This document shows, piece after piece, positions 41,639 to 51,683 of a DNA stretch of 64,000 nt (position 1 is the first letter of the stretch; the number at the start of each line of letters is the position of its first letter). Below the pieces are notes generated by a model. That model was not told the origin of the DNA. It saw only the letters and a list, made by a program, of their open reading frames with translations, and did not search any database. Source of the DNA: Candidatus Latescibacterota bacterium (GTDB lineage: Bacteria > Latescibacterota > UBA2968 > UBA8231); the NCBI GenBank assembly GCA_965223905.1, contig CBDCXV010000001.1:928001-992000 (forward strand), given 5' to 3'. A program made the translations under genes and the position numbers.

Positions 41639-43849
41639 ATGTCACAGGATCCTCGCTTGCCGTCTCGCCCACCCGGGAGTGGAAGTAAGGTGGCTCCGTC
41701 CGGCTTCCGATACGCTTTCTGGCTTTCCCTGGCCATGCTCCTGGCGCCCCTTTCGCTGGATGCGCAGGAAGCGGCGACGATCCGCGGCATCGTCGTTCAC
41801 GCCGAGACCGGGCAGCCGGTCGCCGGCGCGGACGTGCTGGTGCGCTCGACGCCGCTGTGGGCTTTTTCCGGTGAGGACGGACGCTTCGAGATAGTCCTGC
41901 CCGGCGGCGGCGCCTACACCCTCGTGGTGGTGGCCGAGGGGTTCCGTAAGGCCGAGCGCGAGATCGAGTCGTCCGCGGCGGCGGCGGCGGAAGGTCTGCT
42001 GCGCTTCGCGCTGGAGCGGCTCTTCTTCGAGGCGCCGGGCCTGACCGTTACGGCGAACCGGGGGACCCACCCGGGTGACGCTCCCACAAGCGTCGCCGTT
42101 ATCAGCGGCGACGAGCTGGAGCGGCGAAGCGTCGCCAACCTCACCGAGGCCCTTCCCTTCGCGCAGGGCGTGACCTTCAACGCCGGCCAGATGGACATCC
42201 GCGGTTCCAGCGGACTGTCGCGAGGGGTGGGCAGCAGGGTGCTCATGCTGCTCGACGGCCACCGGACGCTGGCCGGAGTGGGCTCGTCCGTCGACTTCGG
42301 GATCCTCCCGACCCTGGACGTGGAACGCATCGAAATCGTCAAAGGGCCGCACTCGACGCTCTGGGGCACCAACGCCCTGGGGGGTGTCGTCAATGTGATT
42401 ACGCGGCCTCCGCTGGAGGAAACCCAAACCGTGGTGCGGGGATACTACGGCCTCTTCAACACCCCCGACACACTGGTTTTCTCCGACGAACGCCTGAGCA
42501 TACAGGGAATTCAGGTCCAGCATTCCCGCAAGGTCGGCAGCGCCCACACCACCCTGTTCGCGGGGCGCGAGGGTTCGGCCGGCTTTCGACAGAACGGCGA
42601 GGTGGACCGGTGGCGCCTGCGGGCAAAGGCGATCTTCGGGGCGAAGTCGGCGACCCCCCTGGAGCTGTTTGCGACTTGGAAGCGCGAGGACGCGGAGGAG
42701 TTCTTCATCTGGAGGTCAAAGAAGCGCCGCCTTGAAGTCGACCCGGCCTACTTGGGCGACTCGAAGCGGGAGTCGGACCTGCTCGTCGGTCTCACCGCCA
42801 TCCCGGTGGTTACGCCGAGGCTCAAGCTCGAGCTGCGGCCCCAGATTTTGCACTTCCGTTCGCGGAACCACTTCCACAACAACAACGATTCTCACCGTTC
42901 TACACGCTACGGCACCGATATTCAGCTTTCCCTGTTCACGGGTCATCGGCACACGGTGACGGTCGGCGGAGAGGCGGCATACACCGGGGTGGCGTCGAAC
43001 TTCCTGGAACCGAACCCGAACGTGACGGACCTGGCGCTGTTCGGTCAGGACGAGATCGCGTTTTCCCAGCGGTTGCAGGGTTCGGTCGGGATTCGCTTCG
43101 ACATGCACAGGGCGTCGTTCGTCGAAAACGACCTGGCCCTGAATCCCAAGATCGGCCTCGTCTACCACCCCTTCGACCGCTTGAGCCTGCGGACTTCGCT
43201 GAGCCGCGGCTACCGGGCGCCGAGCGTCTCGGAGCAGTTCTCCTCGACGACCGTTTTCGGGTTTCGCGTCGTTCCGAATCTCGAGTTGCGCGGCGAATCC
43301 GCCTGGGCAGGCGAGATCGGGGCCACCGCGAGCCCCAGCGACCGGCTCTGGCTCGACACGGGTTTTTTCTGGAACGAGTACTCCGGCCTGATCGAGGTGG
43401 CAGGGGCGCCGGACCAGATTTTCACCTTCCAGTTCCAGAACTTTGTCGAAGCCAGGGTCAGGGGAATCGACACCGGGCTGCGCGCGGGACTGGTCCCCGA
43501 CAAACTCAATGTGCAGACGAACTACCTCTTCATCGATTCCGTGGATCTGCGCACGGGGCGGCGGCTCGCCTACCGATCGCGCCACATCCTCACCTCGACC
43601 CTTTCCGGCTGGGACGATGCGGTCGCCCTCGACGTGCGCTACCGCAGCCGGCCGGAGGTGGTCCTCCTCTTCACGGGCGACGAACGCAGCGCTTTTTCCG
43701 TGGTCGACCTGCGGCTGAATTTTAAGGTCATGGGCATGGACGTGCAGACCAAGGTCGCCAACCTGCTTCAGGCCGGATACGTCGACATCCAGGAACGCAA
43801 CCCGGGGGCTTCCCGGAGCTTTCGACTTACCGTCAGCTCCCGCTTCTGA
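41639..43849 (+). CDS. TonB-dependent receptor
   Basis: Carboxypeptidase-regulatory-like N domain, plug IRG..VLMLLDG, VERIEIVKGP.STLWG.NALGGVVN, terminal Phe; start may be further downstream. Confidence 0.92.
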   Translation: MSQDPRLPSRPPGSGSKVAPSGFRYAFWLSLAMLLAPLSLDAQEAATIRGIVVHAETGQPVAGADVLVRSTPLWAFSGEDGRFEIVLPGGGAYTLVVVAEGFRKAEREIESSAAAAAEGLLRFALERLFFEAPGLTVTANRGTHPGDAPTSVAVISGDELERRSVANLTEALPFAQGVTFNAGQMDIRGSSGLSRGVGSRVLMLLDGHRTLAGVGSSVDFGILPTLDVERIEIVKGPHSTLWGTNALGGVVNVITRPPLEETQTVVRGYYGLFNTPDTLVFSDERLSIQGIQVQHSRKVGSAHTTLFAGREGSAGFRQNGEVDRWRLRAKAIFGAKSATPLELFATWKREDAEEFFIWRSKKRRLEVDPAYLGDSKRESDLLVGLTAIPVVTPRLKLELRPQILHFRSRNHFHNNNDSHRSTRYGTDIQLSLFTGHRHTVTVGGEAAYTGVASNFLEPNPNVTDLALFGQDEIAFSQRLQGSVGIRFDMHRASFVENDLALNPKIGLVYHPFDRLSLRTSLSRGYRAPSVSEQFSSTTVFGFRVVPNLELRGESAWAGEIGATASPSDRLWLDTGFFWNEYSGLIEVAGAPDQIFTFQFQNFVEARVRGIDTGLRAGLVPDKLNVQTNYLFIDSVDLRTGRRLAYRSRHILTSTLSGWDDAVALDVRYRSRPEVVLLFTGDERSAFSVVDLRLNFKVMGMDVQTKVANLLQAGYVDIQERNPGASRSFRLTVSSRF

Positions 43850-44007
43850 ATTTCGGGCCGGCTGCGTCTGATCGGGGCGGCCGACGCTTCGGACGGCACC
43901 CCCCATACCCCAAATGTGCGGCCCGGGTCGGTGGCAGGGATCCTCTCTTGGACTGACTGCGGATCCCGAAACAGACCTGAAACCATAATTGTCGATCTGG
44001 CAGGAGA

Positions 44008-44832
44008 ATGGGAGAACGAGTCATGAAGGATGCGGAAAAATACCTGTTCGACGTACACGGCTACCTGGTGATTGAATCAGCTCTCTCAGCGGCAGAAGTC
44101 GCGGCGGCGAATGTGGCAGTCGACCACCACGCCGATGAGATCGGCATCCGTCCAAACGACCTCGCCAACGAATCGGCAACCTTGCGCGGCACTGCCGGGC
44201 GCGGCGATCTGGGTGGAATGCTGACGTGGGGAAAGCCCCACTGCGATGTGTTCCGCGAAATGATTGCCCACCCCAAACTCACGCCGTACCTGCAGGAGTT
44301 GCTGGGGCCGGGATTCCGACTCGAGGGGCTCGGCATCATCACGATGGACGAGGGAGCGGAAGGCTTCTGGTTCCACGAAGGGGGGGAACCGCATGACCGT
44401 TCACGCGGTTTCCTCTATCGCAACGGGCGCATGTTCTGTGGCATGACGAACATGGCTGTTCAGTTGACCGATGTGGAGCCGGGAGATGGCGGGTTCGCCT
44501 GCCTGCCCGGAAGCCATAAGGCAAACTTCCCCTGCCCGGACGATATCCGGCTCTATCACACGCATCAGGATCGGATCGTCACACCTTCCGCGAAAGCTGG
44601 CGATGTCATCCTGTTCGTCGAATGCCTGATGCACGTCGCACTGCCGTGGACCGCCAGACACCAGCGGCGTTCGGTGGTTATCCGCTACAACCCCGGTGTC
44701 ATGGGTGAGTCGGTGATGGGGACTTACACACCGCCGCCGTTCTACGACGAACTGACCGATGCCCAGAAAGCCGTCATCTCGGCACCGCACTACCGGGGGG
44801 AGGACAAAGGCTCACGGCTCTACCGGGGATGA
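44008..44832 (+). CDS. PhyH-family dioxygenase-like protein
   Basis: YLFDVHGYLV, LTDV...GGFACLPGSHK, AGDVILF...H. Confidence 0.85.
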   Translation: MGERVMKDAEKYLFDVHGYLVIESALSAAEVAAANVAVDHHADEIGIRPNDLANESATLRGTAGRGDLGGMLTWGKPHCDVFREMIAHPKLTPYLQELLGPGFRLEGLGIITMDEGAEGFWFHEGGEPHDRSRGFLYRNGRMFCGMTNMAVQLTDVEPGDGGFACLPGSHKANFPCPDDIRLYHTHQDRIVTPSAKAGDVILFVECLMHVALPWTARHQRRSVVIRYNPGVMGESVMGTYTPPPFYDELTDAQKAVISAPHYRGEDKGSRLYRG

Positions 44833-44962
44833 TCCCATTGGCCGTACCGGGAACGCTTCTGCCCGATCTACAGCCTGCCCTGGAAGCGACGCGGTCGGGG
44901 AGGACAGGAGATATTCTCACCGGCAAGTCTCCAAGGCTGATCGCCCCGCGTTCACGCCAAGC

Positions 44963-45973
44963 TTACCCGTAGACCGTCTGTATCAATGCCCGGATATACC
45001 CGATGGCATACGCCTTCCCGTACAAGGGCCCGTACCCATGGGCAAATGAAGGTGTGTGGTCCATCATGTACGGCCCGTTGAACCCGTTGTCGCGATATAC
45101 TTCGATGGCTCGCCGCATATCGACCTCCCCCTCGTCCAGGAAGACCTCGGCAAATCGCGGCAACTGCCCGCGCACATTGCGAAAATGCACCCAGGCGATC
45201 CTGCCCTTTGCCGCCATCTCGGCGATCGCGTCGTAGATCTTTTCCGGCCCCAGCAACTCGGTCATGCACCCCTGGCAGAAGAGCATGCCATTGCTGTGGC
45301 TCGGCGCGATCTCGAAGATCCTGCGGAACTGCTCCAGGGTCGAACAGATCTGCGCCACCCCTCCCAGCGGTTCGGGAATCGGCGGGTCGTCCGGGTGCAG
45401 GGCCATGCGCACCCCTGCCTTTTCGGCCGCGGGGATCGCCGCGGCCAGGAACCGTTCCATCCGCTCCCACATCTGCGCCTCCTCCACCGGGGGCTCGTGC
45501 GCTTCGGGCCGGCTTTCCTCGAACACCGCGTAGTCGAAGGTGCTGTATCGCGCACCGCCCCTGCCCGTATCAGCGGGGGTGCGAAAGTTGCCCATCGGTT
45601 TGAAGTTCCAGCCGACGCAGGGGATGCCGGCCTGGCCCACACTTTCCAGCATCCTGCACCAGTGGCCGATCTTCTCGTCCATGTCTTCCTCGGCCAGGGT
45701 GATTTCCTCCCAGGCGGGCATGAAGATGTTGTTCAGCTTCATGCCGTGTGCCTCGACTTTTTCCCGCGCCTGCGCCAACGCGTCGGTGCTGTCCTTGCCG
45801 GCTTTCAAATCCTGCGCCAGCGAGGTGTTGGCGGAGCCGGTTCCGCCTCGATGTCCGGCGACGGGGGCTTCCCCGCGCAGCTCCAGATGGATCGAGTCCA
45901 CCCCGATCGCACGGAAGAAGCTCAGGTGCTCGTCGCCGAGCTCGCCGATGGAAACCTGGTCCTGGATATACAT
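44963..45973 (-). CDS. uxuA: Mannonate dehydratase family protein
   Basis: ALHPDDPP, FCQGC, VHFRNV, MMDHTP, AYAIGY. Confidence 0.8.
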   Translation of the reverse strand: MYIQDQVSIGELGDEHLSFFRAIGVDSIHLELRGEAPVAGHRGGTGSANTSLAQDLKAGKDSTDALAQAREKVEAHGMKLNNIFMPAWEEITLAEEDMDEKIGHWCRMLESVGQAGIPCVGWNFKPMGNFRTPADTGRGGARYSTFDYAVFEESRPEAHEPPVEEAQMWERMERFLAAAIPAAEKAGVRMALHPDDPPIPEPLGGVAQICSTLEQFRRIFEIAPSHSNGMLFCQGCMTELLGPEKIYDAIAEMAAKGRIAWVHFRNVRGQLPRFAEVFLDEGEVDMRRAIEVYRDNGFNGPYMMDHTPSFAHGYGPLYGKAYAIGYIRALIQTVYG

Positions 45974-46111
45974 GAGCCGCTTTCTTCAGCTGGTCAGCCG
46001 CAGGTCAGTTACTGAACTCGCGAGTACGTAGATTGGATAATTACCTCGCGTCAGCGTTCACTCGGTGCCAGGCCTTCGGGCAACGGGGCTGCCTGCGGCG
46101 AGGGCCTGCCC

Positions 46112-47017
46112 TCAGGCGAGCGGCCGGTCCCGCTGGTTCTGGCCGCCGTAGCGGAAGCCCGGCACGTTGTCGGCGCAGTAGGTTCCCCGGAAGAGGGTCT
46201 GCCGCATCGGCGGCATCCGCTCGACGAGCTCGGCCGGCGGCGACCACGAGCTCCAGCGCGAGCCGACGCTGTTGTAGAGGTTGAATATGGCCACTCGCTC
46301 GTTTCCGGAATTGGTCCAGGGAGAGGTGCTGTGCGCCAGTGCCTCGGTAAAGAACAACACCGACCCTGCCGGGCATTCGTAGGTGTCCCACACCGCCGAA
46401 TGCGGATCCTGAATGGCCGCGGGAGAGGGGTACGCGGCCTTGTGGCTTCCCGTGGCCAGGAGCGTGCCGCCCTGCCTCATCCTGACCGGAGCCAGCTCCC
46501 ACACCACCCGCGTCAAGCCGCTGAAGGACTTGCCGGGAATGCTCTGGTAGTGGTGCGAATCCACGGCAAAGCGAAAGAAGCCGCTGCCGTTGTGCGGGTT
46601 GAAGGCGCCCTCCCGCGCGGGGGTCGCCGCCGGGTTGCGCAAGCCGCTGCCCTCCATCCGGAACCCGTAGCACTCGGGGCTCGACAGCCCCGGAAACGCC
46701 AGGAACTCGTTGAGGAAGCCCACTACCACCGGGTGGTCGGTCAGCTTCTCCAGCGGCCCCGCCACAAAGGAACGCTCGTGTGCCGGCAGTGACTCCGGCT
46801 GGTTCAGCACGCGCAATGCGTACTCGCGCATGGCCTCGCTCTCGTCGCCGGCCAATACCCCGGGCACCAGGAGCCACCCGCGGACATCGAAGAGGTACTT
46901 CTGCTCGTCGGTCAGCTCGACGGCCGGCTCGCCGTCGGCGTTTTTCTGCGGCAGGTCGCCTTCTTCCACCAGCAACGGCTGCCCCAGGTTCTTATCGACT
47001 ACGTATGCTTCGCTCAT
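46112..47017 (-). CDS. PhyH-family dioxygenase-like protein
   Basis: QKYLFDVRGWL, TGSHKA, PAGSVLFFTEALAH. Confidence 0.8.
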   Translation of the reverse strand: MSEAYVVDKNLGQPLLVEEGDLPQKNADGEPAVELTDEQKYLFDVRGWLLVPGVLAGDESEAMREYALRVLNQPESLPAHERSFVAGPLEKLTDHPVVVGFLNEFLAFPGLSSPECYGFRMEGSGLRNPAATPAREGAFNPHNGSGFFRFAVDSHHYQSIPGKSFSGLTRVVWELAPVRMRQGGTLLATGSHKAAYPSPAAIQDPHSAVWDTYECPAGSVLFFTEALAHSTSPWTNSGNERVAIFNLYNSVGSRWSSWSPPAELVERMPPMRQTLFRGTYCADNVPGFRYGGQNQRDRPLA

Positions 47018-47094
47018 CTGCTGTATCCCCTTTTTGGCTATATGAATGATAGTCGGCTCTCCGAGGCACTTACTCCAAACCGAGAGGAATATCC

Positions 47095-47739
47095 ATGGAC
47101 CACAATTGGATTGAAGACGGACAAACTCTGCTGTTCATCGGCGACAGCATAACCGACTGCGGTCGGCGCGGTGCCGAGGCCCCACTGGGCAACGGGTACG
47201 TTCGCCTGTTCGCCGAGTTGGCCACTGCCCGCTTCCCCGAGCGGCGGGTCCGCTACATCAACAAAGGGATCGGCGGCAACCGCGTCACCGACCTGGCCGC
47301 CCGCTGGCGGGACGACGTGCTCTACCACCGGCCGGACCGGCTGTCCGTCAAGATCGGCATCAACGACCTGCACAGTCATTTGCGCGGCGCCGAAGACGGC
47401 GTCGATCCAGCCTGTTTCGCCGCCGTCTATGAACAGATTCTGGAGATCACCCGGGACGAGTTGGGCTGTCCTCTCGTGCTTCTGACTCCGTTCTACATTT
47501 CCACCGACCACGGCGGCCGGAACATTCGCAGCCAGGTGCTCGAACTGTTGCCTCGGTACATCCAAGTAGTGGAGGGGTTGGCGGAGCGCTTCGACGCCCG
47601 CCTGGTGCGCCTCCACGAAATCTTCCAACGGCAGCTCCAATACCGCGATGCCGATACCTTCTGTCCGGAACCGGTCCACCCCAACCAGGCCGGACACCTG
47701 GTGATCGCCCAAGCCCTGATGGACACCCTGACCGCGTAG
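47095..47739 (+). CDS. SGNH/GDSL hydrolase
   Basis: FIGDSIT, GIGGN, GIND, EPVHPN. Confidence 0.92.
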   Translation: MDHNWIEDGQTLLFIGDSITDCGRRGAEAPLGNGYVRLFAELATARFPERRVRYINKGIGGNRVTDLAARWRDDVLYHRPDRLSVKIGINDLHSHLRGAEDGVDPACFAAVYEQILEITRDELGCPLVLLTPFYISTDHGGRNIRSQVLELLPRYIQVVEGLAERFDARLVRLHEIFQRQLQYRDADTFCPEPVHPNQAGHLVIAQALMDTLTA

Positions 47740-47824
47740 CGGCGAAGAGTCCCAGGAGACCGGCTGTCCCCAGGTCCCGGCCGGTCCAAACAGTACACAA
47801 CAACCGCAAAACCGGGACAACCCA

Positions 47825-48877
47825 GTGAAGATCACCGAAGTGCAGGCCGTGTACCCGAACTACCGCAAGCCGCTGAAGGGCTGGCGCCCTTACCTGTGGC
47901 AGATCGTCGTGCGCGTGGAGACCGACGCGGGCGTCAGCGGCTGCGGTTGCGGCGGAGGGGGCGTGGCCGGCGTCGAGGTGGTAAACCGCCACCTGCGGGA
48001 GCTGCTGCTGGACGAGAACTGCAACAGCACCTCCGACATCGAACGCCTCTGGGATAAACTGTACTCCGCCTCCATTCCCTACGGCAGGGGCGGGATTGCG
48101 AGCATGGCGCTGAGCGGCATAGACCTGGCCCTGTGGGATCTTCTGGGAAAAGCGGAAAGGCAGCCGGTTTTTTCGTTGCTGGGCGGCTCGTCCGGACAGC
48201 GCATCCGGGCCTACGCGTCCGGCGACGATCCCGAATGGTTTGCGGAGATGTCCTTCACGGCCCACAAGGTGCCCTTCGGCCGTCCACTGGACGCCGGCGC
48301 CTGCGAGGGGGCCGCGGCCGCGGCGGCCGCATCCCGCCGGCACCTGGGCGAGGAGGCCCTGCTGATGTTCGACTGCTACATGGCCTGGGACGCGTCAGCG
48401 GCCCTGGAGATGGCGCGGACCCTGGAGCCTTACGGCATCTACTGGTTCGAGGATGCGCTGACCCCTGACGATCTGGAGGGGCTGGCGGATCTGCGCCGGC
48501 AGATCAAGCCGATCCAGCTTGCCGGGGGAGAGCACGACCTGACCCCGCACCGCTTCGCCGCCATCGCCCGGGCCGGCGCGCTCGACATCTGGCAGCCGGA
48601 CGTGACCTGGTGCGGGGGCGTCACCGCGACCCTGCGCATTGTCGAGGAGGCACGGGCGGCCGGAGTGCCCGTGGTTCCGCATCGTGGCGGGGAGCCCTGG
48701 GGGCTGCACGTCATCGCGGGGACGGCTTGCGAAGACCTGGCCGAACTGGTGCTCGGCAACCGGCATGCGGCGCCTGGGATGCTGTGGCTGGACGCGCCTG
48801 AGCCCATGGACGGCTATCTGACCCCCGGCGATGCCCCGGGCTTCGGCGTGCGCCTGAACGAATCCCTTTTGGCCTAG
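47825..48877 (+). CDS. Mandelate racemase/L-rhamnonate dehydratase-like enzyme
   Basis: PYGRGGIA.MALSGIDLALWD, DCYM, WFED, GEH, QPDVTWCGG. Confidence 0.85.
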   Translation: MKITEVQAVYPNYRKPLKGWRPYLWQIVVRVETDAGVSGCGCGGGGVAGVEVVNRHLRELLLDENCNSTSDIERLWDKLYSASIPYGRGGIASMALSGIDLALWDLLGKAERQPVFSLLGGSSGQRIRAYASGDDPEWFAEMSFTAHKVPFGRPLDAGACEGAAAAAAASRRHLGEEALLMFDCYMAWDASAALEMARTLEPYGIYWFEDALTPDDLEGLADLRRQIKPIQLAGGEHDLTPHRFAAIARAGALDIWQPDVTWCGGVTATLRIVEEARAAGVPVVPHRGGEPWGLHVIAGTACEDLAELVLGNRHAAPGMLWLDAPEPMDGYLTPGDAPGFGVRLNESLLA

Positions 48878-49038
48878 TGCCTGCTTGCGCAATTCCGCGT
48901 GAATTCGGTCGCCGCTGCATCCCGGCTCGCCGCGTTGCCTTCGCTTGCCGTACACCCCGGTACGCCTCGCTCAGGCGCCTTGCGAGCCGGGCGCATCGGC
49001 GCCCTCGTTCGTACGCTTAATTACGCGCGCAGGCACTA
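48875..49038. mobile_element. MITE-like palindromic element
   Basis: 20-bp terminal IR TAGTGCCTGC..GCG.AATT (3 mismatches), TA ends, internal stem CCCGGCTCGC/GCGAGCCGGG. Confidence 0.7.
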
Positions 49039-49043
49039 TTGGT

Positions 49044-49170
49044 TCACCTATGTAGTAATGCTGGATAGAGGCGGTGCAGCTTGATGCGTGCATCGTCGGT
49101 GGTGAATTGCCATTTGACCCTCGTTGGACTCTTCTCGCGTTGGGAGAGCCAGGCGTGGACTTCTTTGCTC
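49044..49170 (-). mobile_element. IS630-family transposase C-terminal remnant
   Basis: VKWQFTTDDARIKLHRLYP. Confidence 0.75.
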
Positions 49171-49171
49171 A

Positions 49172-49574
49172 GTTCCCCCAGGGGGCTGCCGATCCCCGGC
49201 TCCCAGTAGGTGCTTTCATCGTCGTCGAACAAGTTGGCGACATCCCCCTTGTTGACACCGGCGTCGATCGCGTCGAGAAGGGTCATCTCTTCGGGATCCT
49301 TGTTCCCCGGATTCCGCTTCAGATGGGCGACGATATCCCCGGTAGCGTCGATGTTCTTGCTGACGTAATGGGGTCTTACCGCGCCCCTTTCGACTTCGAC
49401 CGTTCCCGGCGGGAAATGCCACTCCTCCCAGTGCGACTGCCTGTTCACGAGGAGTTGATTGTCCCGAATCGTAGCGGTTTGACCCCATGCAGGCCCCAAG
49501 CCCAGGCTTCCGATCGCCGCTGCGGCTACAACCGACCTCTTCATCCAGATAGCTGCGAAGACGGAGGACATCAT
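49172..49574 (-). pseudogene. N-terminal fragment of a secreted protein
   Basis: Signal peptide, LFDDDESTYWEP (discoidin-like), cut by IS630 remnant. Confidence 0.5.
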
Positions 49575-49700
49575 GCGCTCCAGGTCAAAAGGGGTGGGAA
49601 CGGGATTTGCAGGTGCCGCGCGCACCTGCCACAGTGCAGGAAGCCGATATCCCGGTAGATGCTTTTCCGTGTGGCCGTCGTGCGTCTCTCCTTCATGATA

Positions 49701-49823
49701 GCCTTCCACCGTCGCCGTGCGGAAGCAGCCGTTTCCCTCGCTTTGCCCCCGGCCCACTCCGCCATTCAGCAGGATCGACTGCCTATACCCCTGGTCCCAT
49801 CAGCCAGGGGACTGAATGGGTAC
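49701..49823 (+). mobile_element. Degenerate right end of an IS66 related to 6271-7897
   Basis: CCCACTCCGCCATTC...AGCCAGGGGACTGAATGGGTAC aligns to about 7767-7897. Confidence 0.75.
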
Positions 49824-49970
49824 ACCGGAGAAGGAGATAGCCGTCCTCGGACATTCGGTTCCTCAAGGCGGGCATGTCGTCGAGCAGATCATCCGCTTCA
49901 CGCAGCTCGCCGAATGCATCCGGCGACATGTCCAGCGGAATGCCGTTTGAAGGAAGTTGCGATATTGTAC
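49824..49970 (-). pseudogene. N-terminal fragment of a PhyH-family gene
   Basis: FGELR...LRNRMSEDGYLLLR ends at the IS66 IR. Confidence 0.6.
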
Positions 49971-50050
49971 CTGACCTTTCGTGTCCGGTGTGGTCGTTTC
50001 GATGGGTCTTGGGTTTCCTCTTCAAGGGATCTGGTGGTATGCCCCGGCAC

Positions 50051-50611
50051 ATGGAGAAAAGTAGGGAGGTACGAATCAGGGAGGCCAACCCGGCAGACGC
50101 CGGTCCCATGGCGAGGGTTCACGTCGATGCGTGGAGGACGGCATATGCCGGCATCGTGCCGGCCGGGCACCTGGATGGCCTCTCGTACGGGGAGAGGGAA
50201 TCGAGGTGGAAGGAGATACTCACGAAAGGCCAGGCCCGGCACAACCTGGTTGCGGAGACCGGCGCAGGCGAAGTCGTCGGGTTCGCGGGAGGAGGCCCGG
50301 AGCGGGAAGGCCCTCCGGACTACCGGGGCGAACTCTACGCCATCTACCTCCTGGACGAGTATCAGCGAAAAAGTGTCGGTCGTCGTCTTGTCGAAGCTGT
50401 GGCCCACCGGCTTGCCGCGGACGGGATCGCTTCGATGTTGGTGTGGGTGCTGAAGGACAACCATTCCGCGTGCAGGTTCTACGAGTCGCTTGGAGCTGAG
50501 CGGATCGGGCGGAAGACGATCGCCATGGGTGGAGTTGACCTCGTGGAGGTGTTCTATGGCTGGAGCGACATCACCAGTCTGGGAGCAGGGGGTTCACGAA
50601 AGCACGCATAG
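50051..50611 (+). CDS. GNAT N-acetyltransferase
   Basis: VHVDAWRTAYAGI, ELYAIYLL..YQRKSVG, WVLKDN..ACRFYE. Confidence 0.92.
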   Translation: MEKSREVRIREANPADAGPMARVHVDAWRTAYAGIVPAGHLDGLSYGERESRWKEILTKGQARHNLVAETGAGEVVGFAGGGPEREGPPDYRGELYAIYLLDEYQRKSVGRRLVEAVAHRLAADGIASMLVWVLKDNHSACRFYESLGAERIGRKTIAMGGVDLVEVFYGWSDITSLGAGGSRKHA

Positions 50612-50872
50612 AGGCCGTAAACGCGCCGGGCCAACTGGCACCGTTTCTCGCCAGTACCGCGGTAGAAGGAGACTGGTCGCATATCGAACCGCCAGGGCAC
50701 GACTCGATCATTCCCCATCCGGAGGTGACGGCGGCCGACGTCACCGACCGCGAATCCCTCAAGGCTTTCGTAAGGGGGGCGGTCAGGGGATATGTCACCG
50801 CTCTGCGGGAACATGGAACCGGCCGCTATACGGAAATCCTGACCTTCTTCCGGAATTAGTATCTAAAAACCA

Positions 50873-51670
50873 CTATCGCCGGTACAGAGCCTCGAACCGG
50901 TCGCTGGCTTCCCACCCCAGGAGCCGCCCGGCCTTGTCGGGCCGGTACTTGTCGTGGGGCAGGCGCGCACAGATGAAGAAATCCTCGTACGTCGACGGCA
51001 TCTCCGGGGCCCGCAACCCGTACAGGAACGCCTCCCCGGTATCCTCCCAGGAGGTCGTGTAGGGATGCACGCCGCGCCCTTGTTCTTCGGGCAGCACTTC
51101 CCGTGGGCGGAAATGCGTATAGACGAAGGAGAGCACTTCCAGGTTTTCGCGCTCGGCAAAGACGCGGGTGATGTGCCCTCCTAGATACTTGCTCAGCGCG
51201 TAGAGGTCGTCCCCTGGATGGAGCGGGATGCCGGCTTCCACCTGGAAATCGTTCCAGTAGTCGGCGTTGTGTTCCAGCGAGGTGTGAAAAGGCCCGGTGT
51301 GGATCAGCCTTTTCACTCCGCAGGCGACGCATGCCTTGGCGACGTTGAAGGCGCCTGCCATGTTGACCTGGAAGGCCAGCACCGGATGCGGCCGGATCAC
51401 GGACACATTGATGGCCGCGTCCATGCCCTCGCAGGCGGCAAGCACCTGCGCGTAGTCGGTAATATCGACGGCCCGGTTTTCGTGCGGCGATCCCAATACC
51501 TCCGGGATCGGCGCCCTGGGATTCTGCGGCGGCGCGGCCGCGACTTCCGTCATCGGCCGGAGATCGGTAACCCGCAACCTGTAATGGGCTTTGAGCGCGG
51601 AGATCGCCGACGCGCCGACCGGGCCGCCCGCTCCGAACAACACCACCTTGCCTTCGTTCACCGTTGCCAT
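50873..51670 (-). CDS. NAD-dependent epimerase/dehydratase
   Basis: GAGGPVG, YALSK (YxxxK). Confidence 0.85.
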   Translation of the reverse strand: MATVNEGKVVLFGAGGPVGASAISALKAHYRLRVTDLRPMTEVAAAPPQNPRAPIPEVLGSPHENRAVDITDYAQVLAACEGMDAAINVSVIRPHPVLAFQVNMAGAFNVAKACVACGVKRLIHTGPFHTSLEHNADYWNDFQVEAGIPLHPGDDLYALSKYLGGHITRVFAERENLEVLSFVYTHFRPREVLPEEQGRGVHPYTTSWEDTGEAFLYGLRAPEMPSTYEDFFICARLPHDKYRPDKAGRLLGWEASDRFEALYRR

Positions 51671-51683
51671 GATTCAACCCCCC

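Noticed and set aside
41480-41640. Cobalamin or TPP riboswitch upstream of the TonB receptor
   Set aside because: Conserved B12-box and TPP core motifs not found
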